Shown piece by piece: positions 27,188 to 39,938 of a stretch of 64,000 nt of DNA. Made by a program: the position numbers and the translations under genes. Below the pieces are notes generated by a model that worked only from the letters and a program-made list of their open reading frames with translations, did no database searches and was not told the origin of the DNA. The stretch lies in assembly GCF_006345805.1 (NCBI RefSeq), contig NC_043011.1, forward strand, positions 45,892,464 through 45,956,463, given 5' to 3'. How positions within the stretch are numbered: the first letter of the stretch is position 1; every line of letters begins with the position of its first letter. Source of the DNA: Octopus sinensis. Lineage: Eukaryota.

Positions 27188-28550
27188 TAGTATAAAGGAC
27201 TTCTTGTATAAGGACAAACCAACTCTTCTCTGCTTCTTGAGCCTTACTTAATCATTGCTATGTATATTTGTCACACTGAAGGTCAATTTCTAACTGGCTA
27301 AGTCTCTACCAGTAATCATTAGAAATTTATATACACATGTTGTCACAGATCCAAAACACTAACTAAAAACAACACACCAGAGAACCTGTACCATGGGTGA
27401 CAACATGCCATACCAGTGTGACAAAAGTATTTTGTTGGGTCCTTTTAGTTTCTGAGTTCAGAATTCTTCGCTGGTTGTTTATGTAAATGGTACCAGTAAT
27501 TAACACTGCCCTTTCCAAAACAAAATGGTTGGGGTGGAGTAGGTGCTTAGTGAAAAGAAATCAGTGAATGACACTATTTTCTCCAATTTCAATTCCCTGA
27601 TAAGCTGGTTGCAGCCAACATATTCAATAATACCCAATCTTGTCTTCTGTAATGACTTAAGAGATAAAATATTTTGAAAATAATCTTAAAGCAATGCTAT
27701 TTCTCAAAGATTACTGTCAAGTAATTAATATAAATCTGAAGACAATAATTATTTGAAAGGAAAAGGAGAATCAAACCAACAGTTTTGCATGGAATTGTAT
27801 AAATCAAAGTAAGTGATCAATTGCTTCCAATGTTGACCGCTTCACTATGGAACATAACATTTTCTAACCCTTTACGCATGGCATGTAATTTATTATGACA
27901 TCAACAAAAACTATCACCACCAACAATTGTAATATTTGCTTGAAGAGAATGAATGCTTGTGGTTTGCTTAATTAACACTGCTTTAACTTGCTGAATGCAG
28001 CTGTTTGATTTATTTTAAACAAATAATTGATTATGAATATTTGATGGGAGAAATTGTTTACAGATAATCTTTAGCTATTTATTAATGTTAGTGACGTTAA
28101 CTTTAACTAGGGCTGCGTGTTTGCAGAGAACAATAAAGTGTACAGAGACACTTAAAGATAAAAATGGCGATGGTTAATCAGAGTCTGAGGAAATTAGTAG
28201 CAGTGTGTAATAGAAAATATCATTTACAAGAACTTATATATGCTTAATACCTCTATAAACATTTTCAGATTTGTTATCGATGTGAAGAGCTTTTTTTCAA
28301 AACATCAGTAATATTATCTCTCCACTGTATAAGGATTTACCAAAATTTATAAACTTTAATAGAAATTGCTTCTCACTTTCTACCACAATATTTTATGATA
28401 CGTGAGTGAATGTGGGTAAATGAGTCTCATTTAGGGATTCTTGTGTAGGCTATTCAAGACAAAAATAGGTTAGATGGTGATTGATGTGGGATACATAAGA
28501 TGGAGTTTAATGTTGGATGCTTGTCTTTTTACCAGATACTTTACAAAATA

Positions 28551-29072
28551 TACCGTAAATCCTCGAGTATAGTCCGCCCTTGAATATAACATGCAGGGGA
28601 TTTTTAGGGGGCTGTACCTCTGAAAAACCTAAACCTTGTGTATAATATGCACTCCTTCTCAAACTTGAGTCAAGGAGGTCTATATAACGTCCTTGGTTTG
28701 TTAAAATGTATACGGTAACATCCTTTATTATTATTGTATATATAACATAATGCAAACGTGTATCTTTTTTGTGCATTTTGTTTGCAGAAAATAAAGAAAT
28801 AGCAATAACAGTAATAACGTTTAATAAATGTTGCTTACTGCAAGTTATGGATGATTCTTTTATGACTTCATTGCTTTCAGGCTTAGCTTAAGGTATTTTC
28901 GCACCCGACATCACAAAATGCATCTGAATAAACATTGCCGGACAGCAAATAGAGACTCGGTCATTGCTTAGAAAGTATTTTTCATTTTTAACCTCGTATA
29001 TAGTACGCACTAGGGATTTTGACCTTTAAATTTTGGGGAAAAAATGCGGATTATACTCGAGGATTTATGGTA
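28551..29072. mobile_element. Tc1/mariner-superfamily (Tc2/pogo-like) MITE, 518 bp
   Basis: TA at both flanks (28551-52 and 29071-72). TIRs CCGTAAATCCTCGAGTATAGTCCGC versus reverse complement CCATAAATCCTCGAGTATAATCCGC (23/25). CCGTA termini are typical of Tc2-type elements. Confidence 0.85.
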
Positions 29073-32000
29073 CTGGATGTGTTTTAACATGGCATCGATA
29101 CTTGAAAAGTTGTCATATCTTTGTCCTGACTAAAAGATTTTATTGACTCTACATTATCCACACTTCATCAATCACATTATAGAGAGTATTGGGGGCATTT
29201 AATCCAGGCATCAGCTTAAGAGAGGTTGTCATGTTCTTCATCGGAGCAAAAGGACCTCTTATTTCTATGTTGTCTTCTTTCATTTGTCAGCCACTTTACA
29301 GAATATGTTGGGTGCATTTTATCATAGTGCCAGAACTAGTGAGATTGCTTTGTTTCCCATGGGACTAAAGAGTCACCACACTATTTCCTGATATGTTCTT
29401 ATGCTGAAGATAATATGTTTGAAAAGAGGAATAGAAGAGAGGGAGATGACAGGAAGAATGAGGATGGTTGGGTGATAGCTGCAAAAAAAGATGGTAAAAG
29501 GAGAGAAATTGAAAGAAGAGAACAGTAGAAGGCAAGAGAGAGTGATGGAGAGTGTCAGAAGTGACCCATGATAAGAATGTATGATGGATAGCAATAGCAG
29601 ATACCTTGGAGTGAGAGGGAGTGATGAATGACAAGCAGTACAGATAGAATAATGGTACTGAGATATGAGTGATAGGAATATAAAAGGGTCTCAGAAATGG
29701 GGGAGGGAGCAAGTTTAGACTTAACTGGAACATATTGAGCAAAAGACCTAAATGTGTGCAGCTGTGTGTGTGTGTGATCTCTTAATGATTATTTTTTGTG
29801 AAATTATAAATAAAAAACAAATGAAGAATCACTCAATGCTTTTTAGAAGAGCACATATTTATTAATTGTAACAAAGAAAAGGTTAACAGTAACTTCAAAG
29901 TTTCAGCTTACTAGTCCTCATCCACCTGATAGCAGCTAGTAGCCGTTTCCCTGTAAAACTTCACATACACACACACCATGTGTGTGTGTATATATATATA
30001 TATATGTATGTATATATGCATGTATATATATATATATATATATATATATGCATGTATATATATATGTATATATGTATATATATATATATATGTATGTATA
30101 TACTTCCTTCTTACTATATTTTAAACTTTGGTTTTGTCATGCTCTGTTAGGTTAACAGAAACTAACCATGTGGTATTTATATATATATATATATACCCAT
30201 GCGAAGCATGGGAGGTGGATGTTAAACGATGACAATGATGATGATGATGATATATATATATATGTATAATGCATCCCTCTCATTGAGGAAATATTGGATC
30301 CCTGAAAATCTCACCGTAATGTGCATTTCTGCAAAATTAAACCAATTTCCCCATTGACTTTCATATTATATGGAAGTCAAAGAGAATGTATTCCACATTA
30401 TAGAACTTGATGTTATTGCAAGATTTTTATGAATGTAATGCTTGTATGTGTGATTGTTTGAAAGAGAGAGAGGAGAGAGAGAGAGAGAGAGAGAATGAAT
30501 GAGTAGAAATATAAAAATATTTATGAATTGTGGTTGCTTGAGAATTGAAATAAATGTCTAGAGACTCAGTTTTGATTTCTGTTCAACACCATAGAAGAAA
30601 TCCATGAATGTCATACACTCCCATTTCGTCTCACTTGCATTTCGTCTCATATGCATGAGAGAGAAATCAATACAATTGGTCGTCCTAGCAGACTGCTGTG
30701 AGTGGTAGATGATAGGGCTGTTGTCTGTCCTGTGTAAGAAAGTTTCTATTGACGGCACTGGTGTAAAAGAATTGTTCTTAATGACATTTGTATGTGTGAT
30801 GTTTTGGTTTAATGATGATTATTTGTTAGTTGAAGAGACTGAAGTGGTGTGTGTGTGTGGGGGGTGGGGCATCACAATCCAGCAACTTTGTGTGATGATA
30901 ATAAAGTAATCACGTTGGATTGATACAGTGGAAGGGTAAATACAATTTGTTAATTCATATGAAAGTTTGATGAAAAGAAAGGAATGTCATAGTGCTACAC
31001 TGTTTGGTAAAACTTCAGAACCTATAAATAGATGGAGAAAGGAACCAGTAATAAGTTTTATGATTAGAGAACTTCCAAAATACAGATGGACAATGTAACT
31101 GATATGATGATGATGATGATAATAAAAATAATAAGCAGGGTGAGTTTACCAATCTAGAAGAATATTCTTCTTAGTTAAGTTTAGAATACTGGTATGTAAG
31201 AAGTTTTACTATTCAAGACTATGTTTCTCAAATGAATTTACTATCATGAGGGTACCTGCTAAAAAATTACTTTTTGAGTTCACAAAGGTGCTCAGATCAT
31301 GTGAATATTTTAGGATTATTCTCTTCTCAGCTAAGCAAAGTTTTTATATATATATATATACATCTTTAAAGTTTGTTGATGGGAAACATTTTGAATATGC
31401 AAATAAGACTCCTATACTCTTATGCTGACCACTACAACCTAATGACGCTAACTGGTGAACCAGTTTTCCGGGGTTGCCTCACGCTGTACCAATATAATAT
31501 AGGATAAATGTAATAATAATAACAATAATCCTTGGATGGAGTTTATAAACATTTAATGCATTGCTATGCGTGATTCCAAAAATCACATCTCTTAAGATCA
31601 CAGCCTAAGATGTTTGAAGTGTAGTCTTAAGAGACATGTGATTTGTGGAATATATATATAGTCAATTCGAAGATGTCAGGTCCTCATTAGGGATTAAATA
31701 ATCCAAAAATTTCACTGGTCAATCACTATTATTTAAGGTGTCCGAACAGGGTCAAAGTAAGTAAAGCTCTAAACAGTTTGCTCGTGTGTTATTTGTTATT
31801 CTCTTTCCAAGAGAGACTTGAAAAAGTTCTAATGCTAAGAACATTAGAAACAATTGCAAAACCTAAAACTTATTGGCATCAACTTAAACACAAACACGAA
31901 AAAAAGGTCTTTCGTTGATAATATCAGGCTAAATCTAAAATGTCAGCGAAAAGAAACTCTCTAGAACAAAAAAACAAAAAGCAAAGAAAAAGTTTTACTG

Positions 32001-32244
32001 TGGTAAAAATGATATGAACTTCTGCTAAGAATCTACAGATCAAACATTAGCTGATCTAGTTATCTCATAGAGCTTCTAAAGTAAGAATTAGTCTTGAAGT
32101 CACATAACCACTATTAACGATAGCATGATACACATTATATGGATCAGCAGTTCATATGGTAAAGATTGAAAGAAGATGAAAGAGGATTCAATCTTCAAGT
32201 GAGTTGATGAAGTAAAGTTCAAAATGCATGTGTACATGTGTATG

Positions 32245-32282
<38 letters not shown>

Positions 32283-32499
32283 TAATACTAAGCAATAAGG
32301 GTTTAGCAACGAGTTGCCTTACCACATACCGAATTTAGAAATAGCAGTCAAAGGGTTATAGCTATTTCTTCTACTAAAAAGGGAGATCTCAGTAAAAACA
32401 GCATTTGGAAGGCAGACACATATATATATATATATATACACACACATACATAACCACATGCACATATATATATTGTATGTGTTTATAGATACATAAATG

Positions 32500-32549
<50 letters not shown>

Positions 32550-32550
<1 letters not shown>

Positions 32551-32940
32551 GGATAGCTGTGTGGTAAGTAGCTTGCTTACCAACCACATGGTTCTGGGTT
32601 CAGTTCCACTGCATGGCACCTTGGGCAAGTGTCTTCTACTATAGCCTCGGGCCGACCAAAGCCTTGTGAGTGGATTTGGTAGATGGAAACTGAAAGAAGC
32701 CTGTCGTATATATGTATATGTGTATATGTTTGTGTGTCTGCGTTTGTCCTCCCAATATCGCTTGACAACCGATGGTGGTGTGTTTATGTCCCTGTAACTT
32801 AGTGGTTTGACAAAAGAGATCGATAGAATAAGTACTTGGCTTACAAAGAATAAGTCCTGGGGTTGACTTGCTCAACTAAAGGCAGTGCTCCAGCATGGCG
32901 ACAGTCAAATGACTGAAACAAGTAAGAGAGTAAAGAGTAA
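32550..32940 (+). mobile_element. SINE family B, near full length
   Basis: tRNA-like head, CORE-like segment and ...CAGTCAAATGACTGAAACAAGTAAGAG tail. Confidence 0.85.
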
Positions 32941-32964
32941 AAAGATTATGTACACACACACACA

Positions 32965-32998
<34 letters not shown>

Positions 32999-33274
32999 TT
33001 CATGTATCTATATTGTGGCAGAAACATATGTAGGTGCAGAAATGGAATGATGTGATTGAAAGCAGAATAAAAATGGATATACAAATCCCTATTCTCATTA
33101 TTAATTTATGCATTCATATATATATATATATATATATATCATCATCATCATTTAACGTCCGCTTTCAACAACCCAATACATATGTACAAAATAGTCACAA
33201 TCACATTTACCCTAAACCCTTTAAATATGACGCTATGACATAATGCATAACTAAATCAAAACAAGGTGAATAAA

Positions 33275-34172
33275 TACAAGGGGGTGATGAAAAGTTCTTG
33301 GCTTTAAGGTCCAACATTCCGTGTTCTTTTGCCAGCCTTAGAGAAACTGAAGAAAGTTTTGTAGCACATCAATAGATAGCAGCACATGATTACATGTGCA
33401 GTGAGAGCTAGTAGTGACCCTTTCTGAGGCAGTGACATGGCTGTGTTTACTTCGCAAGTTGTGGAATATGTGTTTTTGTGATCACATGTATGCTGTAATC
33501 TGTGGTGTTGTCATGGACAGGAACAAAGATCCAATGTGAAATTTTTCGCAAAACTTGGCAAGTCTGCTAATGAGACACTGAGTATGCTTCAGCAAGCTTA
33601 TTGAGTTGAGGCAAAGAGTTGCATGCAATGATTTGAGAGGCATGAGCACTTCAAAAGTGGAAGAACATCTTTGGAAATCGATAAGCAATCTGGAAAGACC
33701 TTTCATGAGCATGATGTGGTATCGTGGATTGAGAATTTGTCTCCCAGGGCCAGATCAACAATTTAGAGTTCTACTGCAATGTTTTGAAGCATTTGAAGGA
33801 GAAAATTCAGTAAGAAAAACAGGATCTGTGGAGAGCTCTCCTTGCCAAATACATCATGGTATCACTTTTGCACTCACCCTGTTTACTAGATTCAGCACCT
33901 GTGGACTTCCATCCCTTCCCCAAGATGAAAATGCAGCTCAAAGGTCACTGTTTTAACACTGTTATTGAGATCCAGAGCAAATCACAGAAGGTCCTCAGCT
34001 CACTTATGGAAAACGATTTCCAGGCAGAATTCCAAACGTGGCAGGAATGCTGGGACTAGTGCAGGAATGCTACACAATGTGACTGTTTCAAAGGAGATGA
34101 TGTTAAAACTTAGGTAAATAAGTTATTTTGTATTAAACATGACTAATTTGGGAACTTTTTGAAACCACTTTG
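33275..34172 (+). mobile_element. Internally deleted mariner element
   Basis: N-terminal EQRSNVKFFAKLGKSANETLSMLQQAY...FKSGRTSLE..SG and C-terminal DSAPVDFHPFPKMKMQLKGHCF...FQTWQECWD motifs. Degenerate terminal repeats. Confidence 0.85.
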
Positions 34173-34639
34173 CATTTGATTTGCAATGATGAGGTCCTAG
34201 GTTCAATCTCACTGTGTGGAATCTTGAGCAAATGTCATTTTCTATATCTTTGGGTTGACCCATGACTGGTGAGTGAAATTGTGTAGATGTAAACTGCATA
34301 GAAGCTGCTCAGATGCATTGTATCTGTAATTTAAAGATATTAGTCTTATCACACACACTGTCATGCTGATTCTACCTTAGAATTACATTAAGGGCATATG
34401 TAGCTATGAAGAACTCAGCCACTCACTAATTCCTTGAGCAAATAATTCAATTATTCTGACATTGAATCCTATATGTGTACTTGTGTGTGTATGCAGTGGA
34501 GCGCATGTGAATGTATGTGTATGTATATATATATATATATGTACACATATATAGTTATTTATTTATATATGTATATTATATATATATATATATATATATA
34601 CAGGCCTTGTGCCTACAGCAGAAAAGATATATATATATA

Positions 34640-34830
34640 TTGATAAAAACGGTAAGATAACAAAAGCTTATAAACAAAATAAAATTTTGTTTAGTCTTTT
34701 AACACTTTCCAACAGGGTTTTTCCGATGGCGGGATAACTGAAAAGATGGTGATGTGGATTTCCACCTCGGCATCCGAAACTCGGAGTTTTATCTTGGCTA
34801 CCGAATAATTGTCACATATTACATTTACGT
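34640..34830 (+). mobile_element. Penelope-like terminal remnant containing a degenerate hammerhead fold (34733-34793)
   Basis: GATAA CTGAAAA GATG...CATC C GAAACTC G GAGT T TTATC, lying between (TA)n runs. Confidence 0.5.
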
Positions 34831-34959
34831 ATATATATATATATATATATATATATTCTTTTCTTTGTTTCAGTCATTTGACTGCGGCAATATGTATATG
34901 TGTATATATCTATGTATGTGTGTATTATATATATATATATGTGTGTGTGTGTGTATGAA

Positions 34960-34993
<34 letters not shown>

Positions 34994-35880
34994 GGTCATT
35001 CATCTATAAAACTGCATTGCTGAGGAAGAATATATTTTAGTTAGAAATAATACATCGGTTTGAAATTCATTACTTTTGAGCTTTCACTACACCATCAGAA
35101 CAAACTGTAATATAAAGTTTATACATATATACATACATCTACATATAACTTTATGCCAACAAAATATACATATGTTGTATACAGTATTATCTTTCTCATT
35201 TTCTCTCTCTCACACATGCACAGACACACACAAAAGTAGTTATGAGCAACTAGACTGGAAACATTAATTGGATGAAGAGACTGGAATGACAGCCATAAAT
35301 ATTTGTGCAATACCATCAGAGGCAGCAATTAGATAGATGAAAGCCGAAAACACCACAACATCCTCTGCTATTATAGGAGAAATGCTAAAATGTTTGGCTA
35401 TCAGGAACAGAATTAGTGAGGCACCTAACAAAATGTATTAGCATTACATAGATAGATGACTGTTCGACAAGATTCACTCACCACAGACTTATAGTTATGC
35501 TGATTTGTATTTTGTTTAGTTCAGACATATTTTCCTTGTTAACTTGATGGAGTGGCCTTTGCTGGAACAACTGCTTTTTAATATTGGACATTTTCCTTAT
35601 TCATTACAAACTCAAGATGAAAACAGACATAGAACTTATCATTCAGATAATCTGAACAAGGGTAGAGTGGGGCCCATATTATCACATACCCAATATTTCA
35701 ACCGAACTGACATTATGTGTCTCTCTTTCTATATAAACACGCACACACAAGCACAAACATACCAGTGGCATATGGTGGTTGTTGTGTTGGGTGTTATGCC
35801 ACACCCAATGCCACCAAATTTCAACCAGGAGTATAACGAAGGTTTTCCATTAAGATTTGGGATTGAATTAATGAGCAAGG

Positions 35881-36110
35881 TTAACCCTTTTGTTACCGTA
35901 TTTCCGTTGAGATGCTCTCTGTTTCTTTCAATTAATTTGAAATATAACAAAGAATTTAGTAAAATAACTTGGTTATCATTAAGCTAGTGTTAGGAACATA
36001 AATTGTGACTAAGGTTTGGTGGAAGATTTTAATTCAAAACTTATGGAAACAAGACATTGGTACTATAGAGCCAGAGGCAGTTTCGGTCGGGTTGGTATCA
36101 AAAGGGTTAA
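35881..36110 (+). mobile_element. piggyBac-like MITE, family E
   Basis: TTAA flanks and TIR CCCTTTTGTTACC / GGTATCAAAAGGG. An interrupted reverse copy at 45764-46211 and partial right ends near 11730-11786 and 54790-54822. Confidence 0.85.
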
Positions 36111-36602
36111 TATTATAATGACTTTACCATTTTCGATGGGTGTGCAGTACACACCTAGCACACCCGGAATATACACACCTGATACACATACATATTTGCG
36201 GTATGGCCAAATGGTTAAAAGGTTCACTTTGCAACTATTTGGGTCGGGGTTCTGCCCCACCCCAGGACACCTTAGACAAATGTCTTTTGGATAAGTTTAG
36301 CTTGCCCACTAACTTGTGTGTGAAATTCGGTAGATCAGCAGTTCCTGACCATTTTTTACTCATGCCCCCCCCCCCCCCCGATTTTTTTTCACTCTAGTGG
36401 ACCTCTCCACCATTGCCATTTGATGTTTAAAAAGTTATTTTATAGATACTTCTTCCGAAATTCCTATTTTGATTTTCACACATGCATTTGTGTAAGTTTG
36501 CAATTGCACTCTCTGAGGGGACATGATTCAGTGTCTGGAAACATGTTGAACTGTATAAAACTAGAGAAATAAAACCTAGTTGTTTCTTGCAATAAATACA
36601 TA

Positions 36603-37075
36603 TCATCATTGTTTAATGTCCACTTTCCATGCTAGCATGGGTTGGACGATTTGACCGAGGACTGGTGAACCAGATGGCTGCACCAGGCTCCAATCTGATC
36701 TGGTAGAGTTTCTACAACTGGATGCCCTTCCAAACGCCAACCACTCCGAGTGTAGTGGATGCTTTTATGTACCACTGGCACGAGGGCCAGTCAGGTGTTA
36801 CTGGCAACAGCCATACTCAAATGGTGTTTTTTACATGCCACCTGCACAGGAGCCAGTCCAGCAGCACTGGCAATGACCTCGCTAAATGTTTTTTTCACGT
36901 GCCACCAACACAAGTGCCAGTAAGGCTGGTAATGATCACACTTGAATGGTGCTTTTCATGTGCCACCAGCACAGAAGCCAGTTAGCTGCTCTGGCAATGA
37001 TCATGCTTGGATGGTGCTCTTAGTACTCCACTAGCATGGATGCCAGTCATCGAATTTATTTTCGATTTCGATATC
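36603..37075 (-). mobile_element. SINE-like family C with about 5 internal tandem units
   Basis: Tail CATCATCATTGTTTAATGTCC on the plus strand; repeated TTTTA(C/T)GTGCCACC..CAC..GCCAGT units at 36760-37050. Confidence 0.8.
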
Positions 37076-37292
37076 ATCATCATCATCGTTTAACGTTCGT
37101 TCTCCATGCTAGCATGGGTTGGACGGTTTGACCAGGGATCTGGGAAGCCAGAAGGCTGCATCAGGCTCCAGTCTGATCTGGCAGTGTTTCTACAGCTGGA
37201 TGCCCTTCCTAACGCCAACCACTCCGTGAGTGTAGTGGGTACTTTTTACGTGCCACCTGCACGGAAGCCAGTCAAGGCAGCGCTGGCATCAG
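37076..37292 (-). mobile_element. SINE-like family C
   Basis: Second adjacent copy in the same orientation as the 36603 copy. Confidence 0.8.
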
Positions 37293-37304
37293 CCATAGAA
37301 AGCG

Positions 37305-37357
37305 TTCCCATGCCGGGAATTGAACCCGGGCCGCCTGGGTGAAAGCCAGGAATCTTA
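37305..37357 (-). pseudogene. 5'-truncated tRNA-Glu(TTC) copy
   Basis: Minus strand TAAGATTCCTGGCTTTCACCCAGGCGGCCCGGGTTCAATTCCCGGCATGGGAA. Intact anticodon stem CCTGG/CCAGG with TTC (37341-37343), T-arm CCGGG/CCCGG and 3' acceptor strand. The 5' acceptor strand and D-arm are missing. Confidence 0.85.
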
Positions 37358-37929
37358 AAAGCAAAATTTGTCAGGGGCCCTTAAAATACTACTCTGGGGC
37401 ATTCAGATTTTTCTATTAAACATACCCCTCATGTAATTAACATTGTTTTGAATTAATCAGGCATTATCTTGTAGCTTTGAGATTTCGATGATGTGATTGG
37501 TTATGTTTAGAACGACATTGTGAGGTAAATGTGAGAGGCTGGTCTGAATGTAAAACAGGTAGAATACTTAGACCAGATATGACTGGTTGAAATGCTAAAG
37601 ACTTAAAGAGTTAAAGTTATATATTTTAAAGTAAAAAAATACACTCATTTATACACTGCAAGAACACTTGCATATACAGAACTATAACTTACACAGTGAG
37701 AATGCACAGAAACTATTGAATCTAAAGCTATTTATCCAGATGAATGCAGCAGGTAGTATGGCACAGTCAATAATTTTATCTTCAACCAGTATTAATATGT
37801 TTCCTGATTTACACATAACTTTCTCGGTTAATTTGTTATTTCTTGGGATAACGCTTGTTACACTGTATATATATATACACACACATACACACACACACAC
37901 ACACATATATATATGTATAATATATATTC

Positions 37930-38110
37930 TTTTACTTGTTTCAGTCATTTGACTGTGGCCATGCTAGAGCACCACCTATAGTTGAGAAAATCAACTCCAG
38001 GACTTATTCTTTGTAAGCCTTGTACTTATTCTAACAGTCTGTTTTGTCAAACCACTAAGTTACGGGAACATAAACACATGAACATTGGTTGTCAAGCGAT
38101 GGTGGAGGTA
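37930..38110 (-). mobile_element. SINE family B, 3' part
   Basis: CTTTTACTTGTTTCAGTCATTTGACTG...GGACTTATTCTTTGTAAGCC on the plus strand. Confidence 0.75.
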
Positions 38111-38111
38111 C

Positions 38112-39195
38112 AAATAGGTGGACATGGGCTAATTAGCATACGGGAGTGCATCAACAGTGAAAGAAGAAACTTGGGAGAATATTTGGTAAACAGTAACAAG
38201 ACCTGCTACAGTATGCTGCTAATGCAGAAGGATTTACCAAAAATGGACTTGAGAGTGCTCGTGAATTCCAGTCAAGAACAGCCAACAAGAGAGAAGAAAC
38301 CCTACTCCACATGGAATTACATGGTCAGTTCTACTGTGAAACTAACAGCTCAAAAAAACAGGAAGCATCATGGAGGTGGTTCAGCAAGGGTGACCTATAA
38401 AAGAATTCTGAAAGCCTAATCATTGCTGCCCAGGATCAGGCATTGAATACTAACTCAGTGGAAAGGGATGTATACCACACAAGTGTAACGAACCTCTACA
38501 GAGGTCAAAAGAGGGTCAAAAGCATGACTCTCATTGTTAGTGCTTGTGAAAGTCTTGCACAAAAAGAGTACAAGTACAGACATGACAAGGTAGCCCAAAC
38601 CCTCCACTGGCTACTATGCTGTAAGTATGGATATGAGGTAAGGGGTTGCTTGGTGCCAACATACATTGGAAAAGGTAATGAATGAAAAAGGGAAGGCATA
38701 AATTCTCTGGGACTTTGAATTCCAGACAGACAAGGTGTTAGGGACTGAAGGCTGGAAATATAGTAACCTTTAGGATGGACAAACAAGAGTGCCTAATAAT
38801 CGATGTGGCAGTGCCAGGAGATCAACATATTATCATGAAAGAAAGAGAAAATATTGCTAAATATGGAGACCTGAGAATTGAGATAACTAACATGTGGCAG
38901 CTATGAGAGTCAAACATAAAGGTTGTTCCTATTGTCATTGGAGCATTGTGTTCAATGCCACTCAGTCTGAAAAACAAATCTGGAAACTTCAGAAATACCT
39001 TAGAATCTAGGTGTATTGTAAAAGTACACACTACTTCGAACTGCACACATATTGTGTAAAGTACTGCCTATCTGAAGTCCTTGTTGTGACTTAACAAACA
39101 GTATAAACCCCCAGTAGACACAATATCTTTAATCAACAACATTGTGATATTGGGTACTGTGTGACATCTTAAATAATAACAACAACAATAATAAA
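38112..39195 (+). mobile_element. R4/Dong-like non-LTR retrotransposon 3' part (CCHC zinc knuckle and restriction-like endonuclease), decayed
   Basis: LIIAAQDQALNT, IVSACESLAQKEYKYRHDKVAQTLHW, ILWDFEFQTD, LIIDVAVPGD, KYGDLRIEI..MW and VVPIVIGAL motifs. Ends in an (AAT/AAC)n run. Confidence 0.85.
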
Positions 39196-39689
39196 GTGAA
39201 TATCAAATATATAGTACGTATGATTAATTAGCAAAAGATGACCATCTCCAACTTCCTATATTTATTTATATTTTTGATATCAGCATATATGTAATGAATG
39301 TTCATTAAGTTTTTTTTTTCCTGTTTGTGTATCTATTTTATTTGTTGCAAATTAATTCTTCTATGGCAACTAATTACCAACGTTTTATGTGTTCTTTGAC
39401 CTAGATAATGTTCCAGCTGACACAATTCAATCATAGATCACTTTTTTCACCTGCTATTAGAGCTGTGAGAACTAAAAGCAAACTGTATGCTATTTGTTTA
39501 GCCTACTACTTCGGTACAATATTTCTGTTAATCAATGATATATAAAAGGTACAGGTATTTAGCAGATCCAAAGAGTGACAGGTAACGCTAATTAAGTGCC
39601 ATGGACAGGCCATAGTAGTTAAACTCTTGGTTCGATAGTGATATGAGTGAGGAGTTTAATGTGGGTCTTGTATTAGCATGTGTATATAT

Positions 39690-39901
39690 ATATTGCCATG
39701 TTGATTTGCTAGCTTCTGCACGCATTTTTTTCTCTCCTTGTTTCTCTCCGTGTTTCTTTTCCGTGTATCTTTCTGTTGAAGAGCGTAGGCTCGAAACGTA
39801 AAAGACTTGTTTTATTTATATTCCTGAGCGCCATACTAATACAATTGTTTGTTTGTATTCCACCTGCCTTCGTCTTTTGTTTATTTTCATAAAGCTTCCC
39901 G

Positions 39902-39902
<1 letters not shown>
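39690..39902 (+). mobile_element. Penelope-like terminal remnant containing a minimal hammerhead-like fold (39768-39805)
   Basis: TCTTT CTGTTGA A GAGC GTAG GCTC GAAAC GTA AAAGA. Element bounded by TA runs. Confidence 0.6.
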
Positions 39903-39938
<36 letters not shown>

